DNA of 64,000 bases, from assembly GCA_028534125.1 (NCBI GenBank), contig CM052818.1:4652001-4716000 (forward strand). Direction: 5' to 3'. The notes beneath the pieces were generated by a model. The model saw only the letters and a list, made by a program, of their open reading frames with translations, searched no databases and had not been told where the DNA came from. Position 1 is the stretch's first letter. Every line of letters begins with the position of its first letter. Made by a program: the position numbers and the translations under genes. Shown here piece after piece: positions 11,606-24,390 of the stretch. Origin of the DNA: Lama glama (lineage: Eukaryota).

Positions 11606-13194
11606 TTGTAACTATTTTGCCACCACACTTGCCACACAGTAGTTTATTATTGTCATTAGTATTATTACAGATAAAAAAACTGAATAATCCCAGAGAGGCA
11701 AATAACTTGCCCAGTGCAGCACAGCCCTGAGCAGAGCTGGGATGGAAAGCTGCTGGCATCCTGTGTCCCAGGTTGGTTGTGTGCCTGGGTCCTGGGAGTT
11801 AGGATGGAGCCGATGGTCCCAGCCTGTCCAGGCAGACTGCACCCAGCGCCATGCCCTCTGCACAGTCGATGCAGATGGATGAGGGCAGGGTTCGTGTCCT
11901 CTGCCGTCCCCGGGAGGAGCCAAGATCTCTGCAAGAGTCTGAGTTACGAGCTTGGAGGGCAGACTTGTTGGAGCCCAGAACCCATCCACACCCAGCTTTG
12001 ATTTACATGGGAACATTTCCTCACTGTTGGCATCGGGGAAGGGAAATAGCAAATTTGGGGTGTTTGTTTATTTCCGTCAGTAATTTCGGCTGGGAGGGGT
12101 GAAGAAGGCTGATTAATTATCCAGCAGCTCATTAAACCATAATAGCCCTTTGAAGCCCGGAGCAGCAAGTGGAGAGCTGTTTTGCAACGCTGGTGGGACA
12201 TTGGGCAGCCTCCAGCGCATCTCTTTGATGCAGTGGGGTAGGGTGTCGATTCTAGACTTGTACCTTTGGGCACAGTTGAGGCAAACTTGGAGTCGGGTTT
12301 GTGGGCTTGTGGTGTAGAAAGAGCTCTGGGGATACATGGCTAGTAAAGAATCCCACAGAAGGAACGCCCAGCCTGAGACTGGCTTAGCCCATATCCTGTC
12401 CCCCGGGTCCCGACTGGGCCCCCGCCGGGCAGCCGCTGCCTTCCCCCAGGAGGCAAACCGCCCCAGGGGGGTTGGGGGCCACAGCTGGCTGAGAACCCTG
12501 GCGGCCGCCGGTGCCTGCAGCTCAGGAAGACGCCGAGGGCCAAGGAAAACACTTGGTAAGCTTAGCCTGGGCAGCAATCAGTAACTCATTTAGGATTTAA
12601 CATTTCTTTCTAAACAGAGCACAGAAGGCTTGGAAAGCGAGCTCAGTGACTCCTGAGAGGATAACCTAGTTCTGTGTCTTATTCATCTTTTTTTTTTTTG
12701 GCACCTAGGAGGTGCTCAATAAATGCCTGTTCAATTTCAATCATCTTCTGTGGTTTTCCTTTCTTTTTTTTTAAAGAAAGTTTGGAAACACCTCAACCAT
12801 CGTCTCTTGGATTGCTTAGATTTTGGTTGAGGCCAAGTGTTGAAAGAGTGGGTTGCTGAAGACTGATTCTTCCCGATTCAACAAATAGTCAGCGAAAATG
12901 TATCGGTCCAGGCATCAAGCTGGCGGCCGTGGTAGGAGGAGGATGCGAGGCAGGAGGAAGGCTGCAGAGCAGGGGCTGCCACAGCAGGAACAGAGACGAG
13001 CCAACCGCGGCGAGGACACAGAAGACGGAATACACGTCACAGAGGGGCATTGTGGGAAGAGCCTTGAAGGATGAGGTTTTGAAAGATGTCAGGTCCAGAA
13101 GGGGATCTCTGGTTAGTGTGAATGACAAAAGCAAAGGCTTCTAAGCACAAAGCTGCCACGGCAAGTCTGCAGTGAGTCTGCGCTTCTGGTCTGA

Positions 13195-13620
13195 AATGTC
13201 AAAATATAATTGTTTAAAAAAGTTAAAGTTCTCACACCATGTCAAAGGCTGATTTAACTCATTAATTAGGGAAACAGCAGAGTGGCAAATTGCTTCAAAA
13301 AAGGATTTGAGAGACTAAAGCCTATATAATCAATAAAAGAAGGAAAACTGAAAGCAGGCTGTACAGTTAGACATGAATCTGGTTAATGTTCTACAGAGCA
13401 ATAAAGCCGTAACCTGTGGAGCTATTTTTGTTTTCTACCAGACAGTATCCATTTGCAATTATACCAGACAAAAAAAATCACTGGTAGCTTGCCAATTTTA
13501 CATATATTTATCCAACTCTAGAGAATCTGGGTCAGAATCAATGGTAAAAGATAAGACAAAATTTACATTTTTCTAGAGCATGAGATGCTCCCAAAGTAGA
13601 CTTTTTTCACGATACTCTAA
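13195..13620. mobile_element. Probable old ERV1-type solo LTR
   Basis: Begins 'tgtcaaaatataa' and contains 'tttaactcattaattagggaa', reminiscent of LTR37-like elements. Family and ends uncertain. Confidence 0.4.
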
Positions 13621-13829
13621 AACGACTTTGAAAAGGCATGCAGTAATCTTCTTTCTTAATTTCCAAGGTCTGGATAAACTGGCTAGAAGAAAAATGTTCT
13701 GGACAGATGCGGAGGACCTGGTGATGAACTTGGACTTGACTGATCAATTTGAAAAGATGGATATTGGGTGGAGTCGAACTTGAAGCATCCATGGTCAGAA
13801 CCTTAGGGAATATCTATTTAATTAGAATG

Positions 13830-15190
13830 ATTGTTTTTCCCACCTCTTTTGATCAAAAGAGTACTACAGATTTGTAGTAAAAAAAGCAAAAATTAAAATG
13901 GCAAGAAGAATACAAAGCGACTTTCCCTTCTAGCATCCTGCATTCCATTTCCCGGAGTCTCTTGGGATGGTTTCTTGTGTGTATCTTTCAACATTTTTTC
14001 TCTGCATATATGAGCACACACGCATGCACACTGAATATTGTACACGAATGGGGCCATACTGTGCAAATTGTTCTGTAACTTGTGGCTTCACATTACAATA
14101 TTTTAGGCATCTTTCTATGTCTGCGTATTTAGAACTACCCCATTCGTATTGCCAGTTGTATGGTACTCCACGGAATGATCCCATAATTTCCCTAACCTGT
14201 GATAGACATTTAAGTTGTGTTAATAGTTCATTGTGTTATAATATGTTTCAGTGAACTGTGTTGCATATATATTTGCATAATTGTGGAGTTCTGCTTGTTC
14301 ATTGGCCCAGCCCTTAGACGTGGAATTGCTACATCTGTGGTTATGTACATAGAAAATTTTGATAGGCATTATCAACTTGTCCTCCAAAATTGTTGTACTA
14401 ATTGATTTGCCTAACTACAAATTCCTCATTGCCTTATAAATGCTGTGTGTTTTAAAAGTTTTAAATTATTTTTGGAGATGGGAAATGGTACTTCATTGTT
14501 TTAATCTGAATTTATTTAGTAAGAGAGGAGTTCATTATCTTTTCATATGTTTATTGGCTATTTGTAACTTTTCTGTTCAAACAACTTCTATTCATCCTCT
14601 TTGTTCCTACCATTTTTTTCTCATAATTTCTTGTAATGTGGAATGTCCTCTTTATCATACATGAAATTTCCACATACATTTGGATTTCTTCTGGATTCTT
14701 TATTCTGTTCCAATCATCTGTCTACCTATTTAAGCAGTAACACTATTCTGTTTTAATAACTAACTTTGTAATACCTTTTACTATCTGGTAAGATTAAGTC
14801 ATCCTCAGTTACCCTTTCTATTTAGAATTTTCTCACGTTTCTCATGTTTATTTTTTCAGATAAACTTTAATATTATTTGATCAAATTCAAAAAAGCCCTC
14901 CTGGGATTTTTTTGTAACTGGAGTTGAACTGAGTCACCAGATGAATTGGAACTGTCACCCTCACAATAGTGAGCTTTCTTGTTTAAGAACAAGGTTTATT
15001 TTACATATTCAATTTTTTTGTTATTCAATAGTGTTTTCAAGTTTTCTTCACATAGGTCTTGCACATTTCTTCAGTTTATCGTTAGATATTTTGTATCTGT
15101 TTTTGCTATTGGACAAATGATTTTTTTTCTTCCATCATATTTTGTGTCTTGTTTGTATTAGGGAAGCCACTGATTTTTGAATATTCTGGA
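13830..15190 (-). mobile_element. Ancient L1M (L1ME-like) fragment
   Basis: T-rich antisense L1 tract: 'gatagacatttaagttg', 'atggtacttcattgttttaat', 'cttttcatatgtttattggctatttgta', 'ttttcttcacataggtcttgcaca', 'ccactgatttttga'. Confidence 0.8.
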
Positions 15191-16310
15191 AGAACTGTGA
15201 TAAGGAGCATGACGAGGAAGAGAAGGAGAGATGTAGGGGAAAGAATCAGGAGACTGCAGGGGAAGCCAGGGGAGGATGCATTTCAAAGAGCAGGATTTTG
15301 ACACTATCAAAGATGTCAAGGTCAAGTAGGAGGGAACGGGACATGTACTAGGCGCCAGCTGAGAGACCGATGTGGTAAAGATGAGAGTAGTTAGGCATCA
15401 TGCAGGAAGGAAGGACATGCCACTCCTCCTTGCCTTTTGTGTGCTGTTCCTTGCTGTAGTCCAAGAGCCCTCTGCACGTGACAGAAGAATCTAGAAGCTT
15501 GGATGCATATGCTGTGTGTGTGTGTGTTTGCACGTGCAGCTGGGCACGGAGCACAGGGACCAGTCTTGGAGTCTGTAGGCTCACATGGGAGCTGGGTTCA
15601 TTTGCAGTGAGCATGCTTCAAACCCTAAATTAGCACGCAAATGCTAGAAAGTTAGCATTCCCTGATGCGGCGGAGCAGGGTAAACTGGAGTGTGGATTTG
15701 CTTTTCCTGGGAAGTGAGAACAGTAGATGAATAGCAAGGCTTTTTTTTTTTTTTTTAATAACTTGTTTCAAGTGAGAATTTGTTCAAATGGCACCAGAGT
15801 TCCCCAAATGGCCATAAATCCCTGACTTGGCTTGAGTCTAGCCTTCCTCTTCCTGCCCACATTTAGCAACCTCGCTGCCAGCTATGAAGGTTCTCTTGGC
15901 ACAGCGGGGAGCAGGAAGAAGAGCTGCTTGATTGGCATATGGCCCTGCCTTCTCCCTGTTGCTTTCTGATGGCCCAGCTTCCTGCCTTTGCAATATGGGG
16001 ACTTCCATTGGCTGTGATGTTAGAGAAGGGTAAAGGTCTATGAATACCATTCCACATATGAAAAATACCCTTCCGGTGACTAGACCCTGAGGGCAAGCCA
16101 ATGAGTTGTCAAGAAAGATGGTTTCTCCAGCTGGAGGGCCTGAGGTATCCAGCTCTGAAAGAAAGGAGGGTCATTGACACGGATGCTGATAGTCAATCCG
16201 CCGTACTGAACTTTAAGACTATAGAGCAAGAAAGGGATTCACCCCTGTTTTGGAGGAAAGGCTACTTAATAAATGGCACTGACTCTCAAATTTTAGGGGA
16301 GCATTCCTCG

Positions 16311-16410
16311 AGTGGCCAGATAAAATACAGAACACCCAGTTCAATCTGAATTTCAGATAAATGATGAATAAAAATTATTCGTACTTTCATTTGCTGACTC
16401 TGGAAACACC
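16311..16410 (+). mobile_element. MER53 hAT MITE, internally deleted
   Basis: 'ggccagataaaatacagaacacccagttcaatctgaatttcagataaa...tttgctgactctggaaac'. Homologous to the full copy at 34318-34511. Confidence 0.8.
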
Positions 16411-17519
16411 AAACAGCTAGTCTTTCTAAAATAGAGATCACCATGGAATACGGGAAATGCATGAGCGAAGCTCAGCGGGACTTCACCGGGTTATCCCAGG
16501 GACCAAAGGCTCTTTGGAAAGAAGGATTCAGGGCTAGGTACCCTAGATGCCATTGGATTCCATTTTCTATCCATTCTCTGTGAACTGAGCCTTCCACATC
16601 TCTCTTGTCCACTCCATTCCATCACCACCAAGGAGATTCCAGCTATGAACAGCATGGACCCCAGATGTTCATGTGCTCAGTGATTTATTCTGGGGAGGGA
16701 CTTCCCTTTGCAGTAAGCTCCTAGTGGTCTCTCTGCCTGGTTTCTCTCTCTCAACACTGCCTTCACACCACACCACTCCATCCTGAGCACAATCACCTGA
16801 AAAATGACTCCCCAACTCCACTTCATCGTGTCCTATGGTGATGTATTGCCACTTAAGCCCACCCACTTACAGAATTTGAACCCCATCTGTACGTGGCCCG
16901 GGATTTTCAGCCATGTAATTGTCTCTAGTTCAGCCACATCCAGGCATCTTGTTCCCTGAGTTCTTGGGAGCGGGGCTTTCGCAGCCGTTCAGAGCTCCTC
17001 ACTCAAGAAACACTTGCTGGTTAATTGGTTCTAGAGAAGCCTATCAGAATTGGCCAGAGCTACGGAGTGTGAAAGTTGTTTCAAGCTGAAGGTTCTGGTG
17101 CTGGAGAAGTTCAGAGAAACTAGAAGCCACCAAATCCTCCTCCCACTTCTGTGAGCCCGCCTCCCACTGTTGTTCCTGGTTTTGGGGCTGAGAAGGCAGA
17201 GGTCTCTGTGTTTGAACTCCCGACTGAGCAAGTTTGGTTAGCAGATGCTCCTTGAAACTCCAAACCAGCTTAAGCAGAAAGGGACTCAGTAAATGCTGGT
17301 GATGGAACTGAATTGAGAGGTTTACTCTTTGAGTCACCGAATTCTCCGGTCATCGATTTCGAGGATGAACTCCATGGGATATCTGGAATTTAGCATTTGT
17401 GTCTACGATCTTGTTCAACAGGATAATCTCCTTGGCTGCTCTATTCAAGAACATTACAGAGTCTTGGTGGAAGTGAAGGAGAGAGCTCGGAGCCAAGAAT
17501 AGTAACACTAGTAATAAAA

Positions 17520-17770
17520 ATAGCTGAAAGCTGTAATTGTAATAATAATAATAATAAAATGCCTACTGTGCTTCAGGTGATTTATAAATAATTTGCTTTA
17601 ATTCATACAATGTAACCAGTAGGTATTTTTATTACCATTTCACAGATGAGAAAACTGAGGTCCAGAATGGTTAAATTATTTGCCCACAGATTAAAAACTA
17701 GTTAAGTACTGGAGCCAGTATTGAAATAAGTGCCCATCTGGCTGAAGTCTTAGGTTAATCCAATATACCA
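17520..17770 (-). mobile_element. MIR SINE
   Basis: MIR core 'ccattttcacagatgagaaaactgaggtccagaatggttaaattatttgccca'. Confidence 0.85.
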
Positions 17771-18859
17771 GGTCACATCCTTCTTGTTGGTTTTTGGGGC
17801 CTTTTTGCTTTGTGATTACAGAGTCAAGGGTTCATTGAAGGGGAATGAGGGCCAATGCTTAGCCTGGCACCCACAGCGAGACAGCACTCCACTCGGGGGT
17901 CATCTGACTCCAAGACCAAGAGGAATAAGGCACCTAAGCTGAGGTCCTTGGGGTCTGGAATGTGATGTGAGTCCCCAGGCCAGCTTCTCTGAAACCAGAC
18001 CTCACCTTGACCCTAGTTAATTTCTCTATAGTTACTCACACAACCAAATTCCTGCTGTCAGTGGGGCCTGTGATGCAAGTCCAGGCTGCCAGCAAACACA
18101 GAACAGCGCTAATGCTGGGGAACTTGCCTCGGGGCTGGGCAGGACGTCCTATCGAATGATTATCATGTGATGAAGCCCCAGGGCTTCCCCAGCCTGTCCA
18201 GGCTTTCCTGCTGTGGTGTTCACAGACTTTTCTTCTGGGACATCCAGGAGCTGGAAATTGCTCATGTGGATCACGCCTGCACTGCTGCCAGCCCGGCAGC
18301 TTTACGGAGCTGAAGGCCTCCCTCCCTCAGGCTTGATAGCGATCGAGCCTCCCAGTTGGAGTCTGTTACCTGGGAGCTGTCCAGATCCAATGATGAAAAC
18401 TGGCCGGGGGGGTAGTCATTTTGGTCAATTACCAGCAGCCCATTAGAGGAGGGCTGGCAAACCTGGGGAGCACTGAGCATCATTACCAAAGCACTTTGGG
18501 TGCATTGTTTTTCCTGCCTCTCTCCTCTTCACCTGCCTTGGCTCTGTTCTTTTCTTTCATGTTGAAATCATGGGAATGTGAAAGGAGACAGAACCTGTGG
18601 GTTTCTGATCCCCAGGACAGGGCTGCTGGGTGGTGGGATGGGATGAGATGCTCTGTGCTCTAAAGGTGAGCCGAGCCTCTCTCACCATCCCAGGAAAGAA
18701 TGTCGGCTTTGTTAAGAGTCCGTGGGCTGAGTCAGCAAAGAGGTCAGAGTGTGGCTGGAAACAGAGTGCCTGCAGGGTTCTCAACCGGGGAGAAAGGGAG
18801 CTGCGTTCTCCAGGAGGGCTGCATGACCGCCTTTCCAGGCCCTCAGGTTGAACCGCCAC

Positions 18860-19340
18860 AGAACGTGCTATGCGTTTTGAGGTAGAAATGCAAATGATCA
18901 GGTTCCTAGACTAGACCCACTGAATCAGAAGCTCTTGGGGTGGGCCTGGCAGTCTGTTTGAGCAAAGCCTTCCATGTGACTAGGAGGTGTGCTCAAATCT
19001 GAGGCCCACTTCTTTAAACCCATGCTATTCAAAGTGGGGTCTTTGGACCACAGCCTCAGCATCCTGGGAGATGACTAGAGATGCAGTATCAGGCCCACCT
19101 CTTGCTGAATCAGAACCTGCATTTTAACAGACCCCTGGGGGGATCTGATTGCACTTAGAAGCTTGAGAAGCACTGCTGAGAGCGATGGTTCTCAAGCCAG
19201 GCTGCCCGTCAGGCTCACCTCCTGCCCAGGCCCCACCCCAGACCAATTAAATCAGAATTTCTTGGGGTGATGCCCGGGCGTCGGTGTTTATGAAAAGTTT
19301 CCCTAGTGATTCTTATAATTGTCAAAGTTGAGAGCAATTG
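18860..19340. mobile_element. Three adjacent MER5-family (MER5A/MER5A1/MER5B) hAT-Charlie MITEs
   Basis: Each unit carries the '(t)gaatcagaa/aaatcagaa' core (about 18921, 19105, 19247), with ends such as 'gcttgagaagcactg' and 'gttgagagcaattg'. Units span about 18860-19011, 19020-19175 and 19183-19340. Confidence 0.8.
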
Positions 19341-22300
19341 CTTTGGACCACCACCAGTTCCTGAATCACAGGGAGCGAGGGCTGTTAAAAAGCAAAACCA
19401 CCAGCCCACAGTGAGACGATCCGAACAAAACCAGCAACGCGGAGTAGTGCTTCCCAGCAATATGGCGGGCCACGTTTGTGCCTCGTGGTTGGGTTGGGTA
19501 GATGCACAGTTACGGATCCCATCAGGACTTGGGGCTATAGGATGAGGCCTGGGTTGCCACGAGCAGCCACTTACCCTGGGGACTATTACAAATAACATTC
19601 CTGTGTATGCCATGACAGGAAAAGGGGTGGAAAACATGCTGTCGAGAACCTAAGTAAGTCTATCATTACCGTGTTCCGGAGCTAACTGTGGCGGCGGATT
19701 ATGAGTAAGGGAGGGAAATGCTGAAAATCACTAACTCTGGGGCAGAGAGGGCGGGAATGGGCCTTTAGATGGTGGATGACTTCCGTGATTCAAATCCAGA
19801 TCATGGTTTCTAGACTGTCATTGCCACCTGGTATTTATTCAGCATTCGTGCTATTTAGAAGTTTCCTAGCTGCTGTCCAATATTGATTTCTTGCAATAGG
19901 CTTGGGTTATTTTCCCTTCTTTGGTGATGAGGGAATTGGGCCCCAGAAAGGTGAGGACTCTCTAAGGCCAGTTAAGAAGGGACAGTTGAGCGGTGAAGAG
20001 GTGCTTCCTTAATGCCCATTGGAAAGGTCTGGAGCTGTCACCTTCTGCTTCAAAATGGTAAATGTTACCTCTTTGGAGGGGGTGGCGGTGGAGGGTGCTG
20101 CTTCCCACCCCCCTACCCACCCCCACCCCCCCAACTTTCAAGCAAGACTCAGCGTTCCTGCTGCTGCATTTCATCCTGAAGGCGCTGCCCGGAGCCTGGG
20201 GCTTCCTGGGAGAATCCCAGCAAAGCTCTCAAAGAGGAACTGTTGGGCCAACGACAAGGCCTGACTGTCGTCTGGCTGGCTTGTGTGTGTTAACATGTCC
20301 CCCTCTCGTACAAGTTTTCCTCCTGGTGCTGGAGGAACATATTGTAATTATGCTAATCACGCTGGCTGGGCAGCCTGAGGCCAAGAGGGAGGGGGCCCAC
20401 CCTCCCTAACTGTTTCCCTGTTTCCCTCTCCTGGAGCAGTTGCCCGGCTGCCGGGGTCCCCAGACATGCAGGGGGAAGGCTGTGGGGCAGGGGCGGCGGG
20501 GCTGGGGCGGGAGCCAGGGTGGGGCTTCCATCTGGGGACTGCGGGACCCACCTGGTTTGCAGGGAGGGAGGGGTCAGGGAGAGCTGCCCAGGGTGGGTTA
20601 CTGGGCAAAGGGACTTTCTGCTGTATTCAGATGGGGACTGTGTTCAGGATGGGCTCTTGGGAGATTGTGAAAGAGCCAGAGTTAACTTGATGTCCTTCCC
20701 TAGGGCGGTGATGGCTCTTCCTCTCCTCCTCCCGCCAGTCCCTTCCCTCTTCATTTCATCTTTCCTGACCCTCCAGGCACACAATGTTTTGCTGCCGGTT
20801 TGGAATTTTGTTGGCAGGCAACTTTATGACACAGATGTAATTATAGATACAGATACAGATGCAGAAATTGATGTAGACATAGTTTTAAGCATCTTCACAT
20901 AGAGAAGACTTAATGAATGTTTGACTACAAAGGCAGCTTGTTAGAGAACACAATCTTGAATGAACCTAAGACCATGAAATGAGGGAGGTGTCTTCGATCC
21001 AAGTGACCTGTCCTGTGGTTTTTTCTTTTTTTTGTTTTAAATTGAGATGGGTTATAATAAGAGAATTATTAACAACTGGCACCAAACTTTATCTCTTCAG
21101 AAAGGAACTGACTTTTTTTCAGGGGGTAATGCGGTGGGTCATTTGGAGTTGAAAGGCTGGGTCTTAGGGGAATTTCTGGAAGGGGAGGGCAGGACAAACC
21201 GAGGGTGCTTAGGAGAACGGGAGAGTTTGCTGTCTTGGGAGCCAAAGGGAGGGGAAGTAGGAAAAAGAGCAGGAGAACCACATGGTAGAGAGGCTGACAG
21301 AGTTTTAAGCACAGGATTGATGACGTATTATGGATTTATTGCTGTGCTGTTTGCGCTCACTTTTTCTCATGCCACCATCTTCATGGATTCCTCAGGAAGC
21401 TGTGCTCCGCTTAGACGTCACTGGTGAGTGTGGCTGTGTGTGTCGTGTTCGGATGTGTCCATCCGGGGAATGGAGCTCATCCTCACATCTGAGCTGCCGT
21501 GGACTGAAAAGGAGCTTAACCAGGGGTGACAGTGAGACAGCCTCTGGACGCTGGACACCCACGTGGACTTTCTCAGGATGCGTCATGCTGGGCCTCGCCC
21601 ATTGTAAGCAGATCTTATAGGGCAACATGACAGCAGGCGTCATTCTGGGTTGCGTTGGAGTAACAGCTGAGAAGCCAGCCCCTGACTCTGTTCCTGGTCA
21701 GAACTCTGCGATGATCTTATTTTCTGCTTCCATTTAGTTTGGTGTGTTTCCATCGGTCGCCTTGCATCCAGCTGTCAGGAAGACCGTGGAAGGACTTCTC
21801 TTTTCTTCTTTCTCTTCTTCCTTTTGGCATCATGCAGGTCTTCATAGCTGTCAAGGACTCGGGGATTGCTAAGCTCTGTGTAACTGGCGGGTGGGTTCAT
21901 TTAGCTCCATGTTTCTTCTGTGGGATTCTTTGTTCAGCGTTGGTTGCGAAACTCATGATTCAATCCAAAATTTCCTTGCCTCAACTAGACTGGTTTATGG
22001 TACCGTGAACCAAGCACAGAACGAATGAAGACCATTAGTTTAATTTATGCTGTCTGTCAGTCCAGAGCAGCTGGGTCCTCGCACAAGGCAGCATATTTTG
22101 CGGGGGTGCGGGGAGGAAGGAGGGAGAAGAGTACCTTATCTCTTATCCTTCAGCCTCTCTCTGTCTATTTCTTTCCTTGATCTTCCCTTGGTTTTCTCTT
22201 TGTCTTATTTTCCTCCTTCTGTCTCTTCTCTTTTTGTTGTTTCTGTTTCCACAAGATGTCTTTACTCACATCTTCTACAATTAAATATTTTCCTCTTTCC

Positions 22301-23407
22301 CTTCACTTCTATGGTCTTATCGTTTTTTCAAAATCAGCCGATTATCGATTTTCAAAGCAGGGGACAACAAAAACATCTCTTTGAAGCCTGACTCCTGAAC
22401 AGTCACCAGTGGGTTAAGCAGAGCTTCCCTCTCCTCGACTATTTAACCTAACCCAGGTATTAGAACTCAAGTGGCCCCTTATCTGAAAGCTCATCCTAAC
22501 AGTGGGCGTTCTGACCTCCTAAGCAGGATGAGCTGTTCCCATATCCATTCACAACAGGCTAAATGCAGGGCAGCATTTCAGTCCTGAATCAGAATTACCC
22601 TGCATTCTTGGCACTTTAAGCCAGATTGCAAATACTCGGTGATTTTATTAGAGTATCTCTTTGTGGGCGTGGGATTTTTTTTTTCATTTTAAATGCTAGT
22701 TAAGAGGGAAAAATGAAAAAACTCATTCCTCCAAATAAGAATTTGGCAGGCGGGTAGTATCTGGAGCAGAAGGTTTAAATATTATTTACATGTTATTTAA
22801 AGTCACAGTATGACTTGTGCATATTCCGACAACATGAATAGCTTTTCGACTTGCAATTCTTATCAAGATTAGATCAGTATATTTGGAAAAAGAGAAAACC
22901 TAAGGTGAGTTGTTATCCCTAGGGAAAGAGAAGCCTGCCACTGTAGTGCAACGTCTGTGCAGTTGGAGGGAGAAGGAATAACCAGGGCATCTTCTCCACC
23001 GGGGCAGGCAGTCTAACCTGGGTTGGAAAACCATTAGCCCCCAATAGGCGGTTATTGACCTGTTCAAAGGATTGCTTTCATTTTCTACTTCAGATCTGAT
23101 CATTTAATCTAGTGGGGACCACATTTGTTTACCACATGTAAGAGCCCACAGCCTTCTCAACTTTGAGGATGGGGCAGGGAGGTGATTCAATGGAAAAGTA
23201 ACAATAATACAAAACATCATATAAGGAAGGCAAAACTCATTCTATTTTCTAGCCATTATTTTAAGAAAAACTGAACAAATGTATTTATCAGAGAAAACCT
23301 GAGGAAAAGTCCTTGCTGTGTTCAGTTATTCCTTGTTATGTTTTGGGCAACAATAAAGTTATACTTAATATTAAGCTCATATGGAAAAGAAAGGATGGCT
23401 CAAAGAT

Positions 23408-23778
23408 GTATAAGTCAGGATCAGTTTGGTTATGCTGTGGTAACAAACAAGCCCCAAATCTCTGTGGCTTAACAGATAAAGGCTTATTGCTTCCTCATGA
23501 AAATTATTCTACTGGTTCAACTTTGAGCTCTTCAGGAAGTTCCTTTCCAAGAGATCTAGGTTGCTTGCACCTGTTGCTGTCTGAAACACATCTTCCCTGT
23601 TGGTTTCTGAAGCACTGGAAGGGCTTGGCTTACTGGCTCTTAACTGTTTCATCCCAGAAGTGAGAGACATCACCTCTGCTTGCAACTTGTTGGCCAGAAT
23701 TAGCCAAGGTGCCCCTCCTAACTGCAGTCGAGCTGAGAAATGTGGGGAACACAGTGAGGGCTGAAGATCTTTGCCACA
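23408..23778 (-). mobile_element. MaLR solo LTR (old MLT1, J/K/L-like)
   Basis: 'gtcaggatcagtttggttatgctgtggtaacaaaca...gtggcttaaca' through 'ttggccagaattag...ctttgccaca'. Confidence 0.75.
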
Positions 23779-24281
23779 AAGCAAAGATGAGACCAACACT
23801 ATGTTAAAAGGGTCTCATTTTGATAACTACCCATATTTGTGTGGTAGGGGTGTTTTCGAGATGTCTGCAGAGGGCTGGGCTGCTGGGATGGTCAAGACCT
23901 TTTCAGAGGCAGAAGAGCTGGAGTCAGCTGTACGCTGGCTCAGATGGCTGGGTTTGGGTAGACAGGATGATGGGAGACCTTGAGAAGGTCTGGGTGCCCT
24001 AGTGGGGGAAGAAGGTGAGCTGAAGGATCTGACGCTCACCACTTCAAGCCTGTAGGTGAGTGAGGTCCCTCTCCGAGGCTGCCTAATGCCTCGTAGGCAC
24101 TAACCATTCCCGTACGTGGTCCCCCCGGATGCTGGACTCTCTGAAGTCAGGGATCGTTCCTCACTGCTTACACTGCAGCAGCGTGTAACACAGTAACTTG
24201 CCACCAAAGTCCTAGCTGGGTACTAGCTGTATAACTCGGGCAGCCAGAGTAGGTCCATAGATGCTGCTCCTGCTGTGGATA

Positions 24282-24390
24282 CCAGCACTTCTCAGACTTT
24301 GTTACACTTACGGATGACCCAGAGACCTGGTAAAAATGCAGACCCTGGTTCAGTGACTCTGGGGTTCTGCCTCTCTACCAAGATTTCACA
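24282..24390. mobile_element. MER5A-like fragment
   Basis: 'cagcacttctcagacttt...ctggtaaaaatgcagaccctggttcagtg'. Confidence 0.6.
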
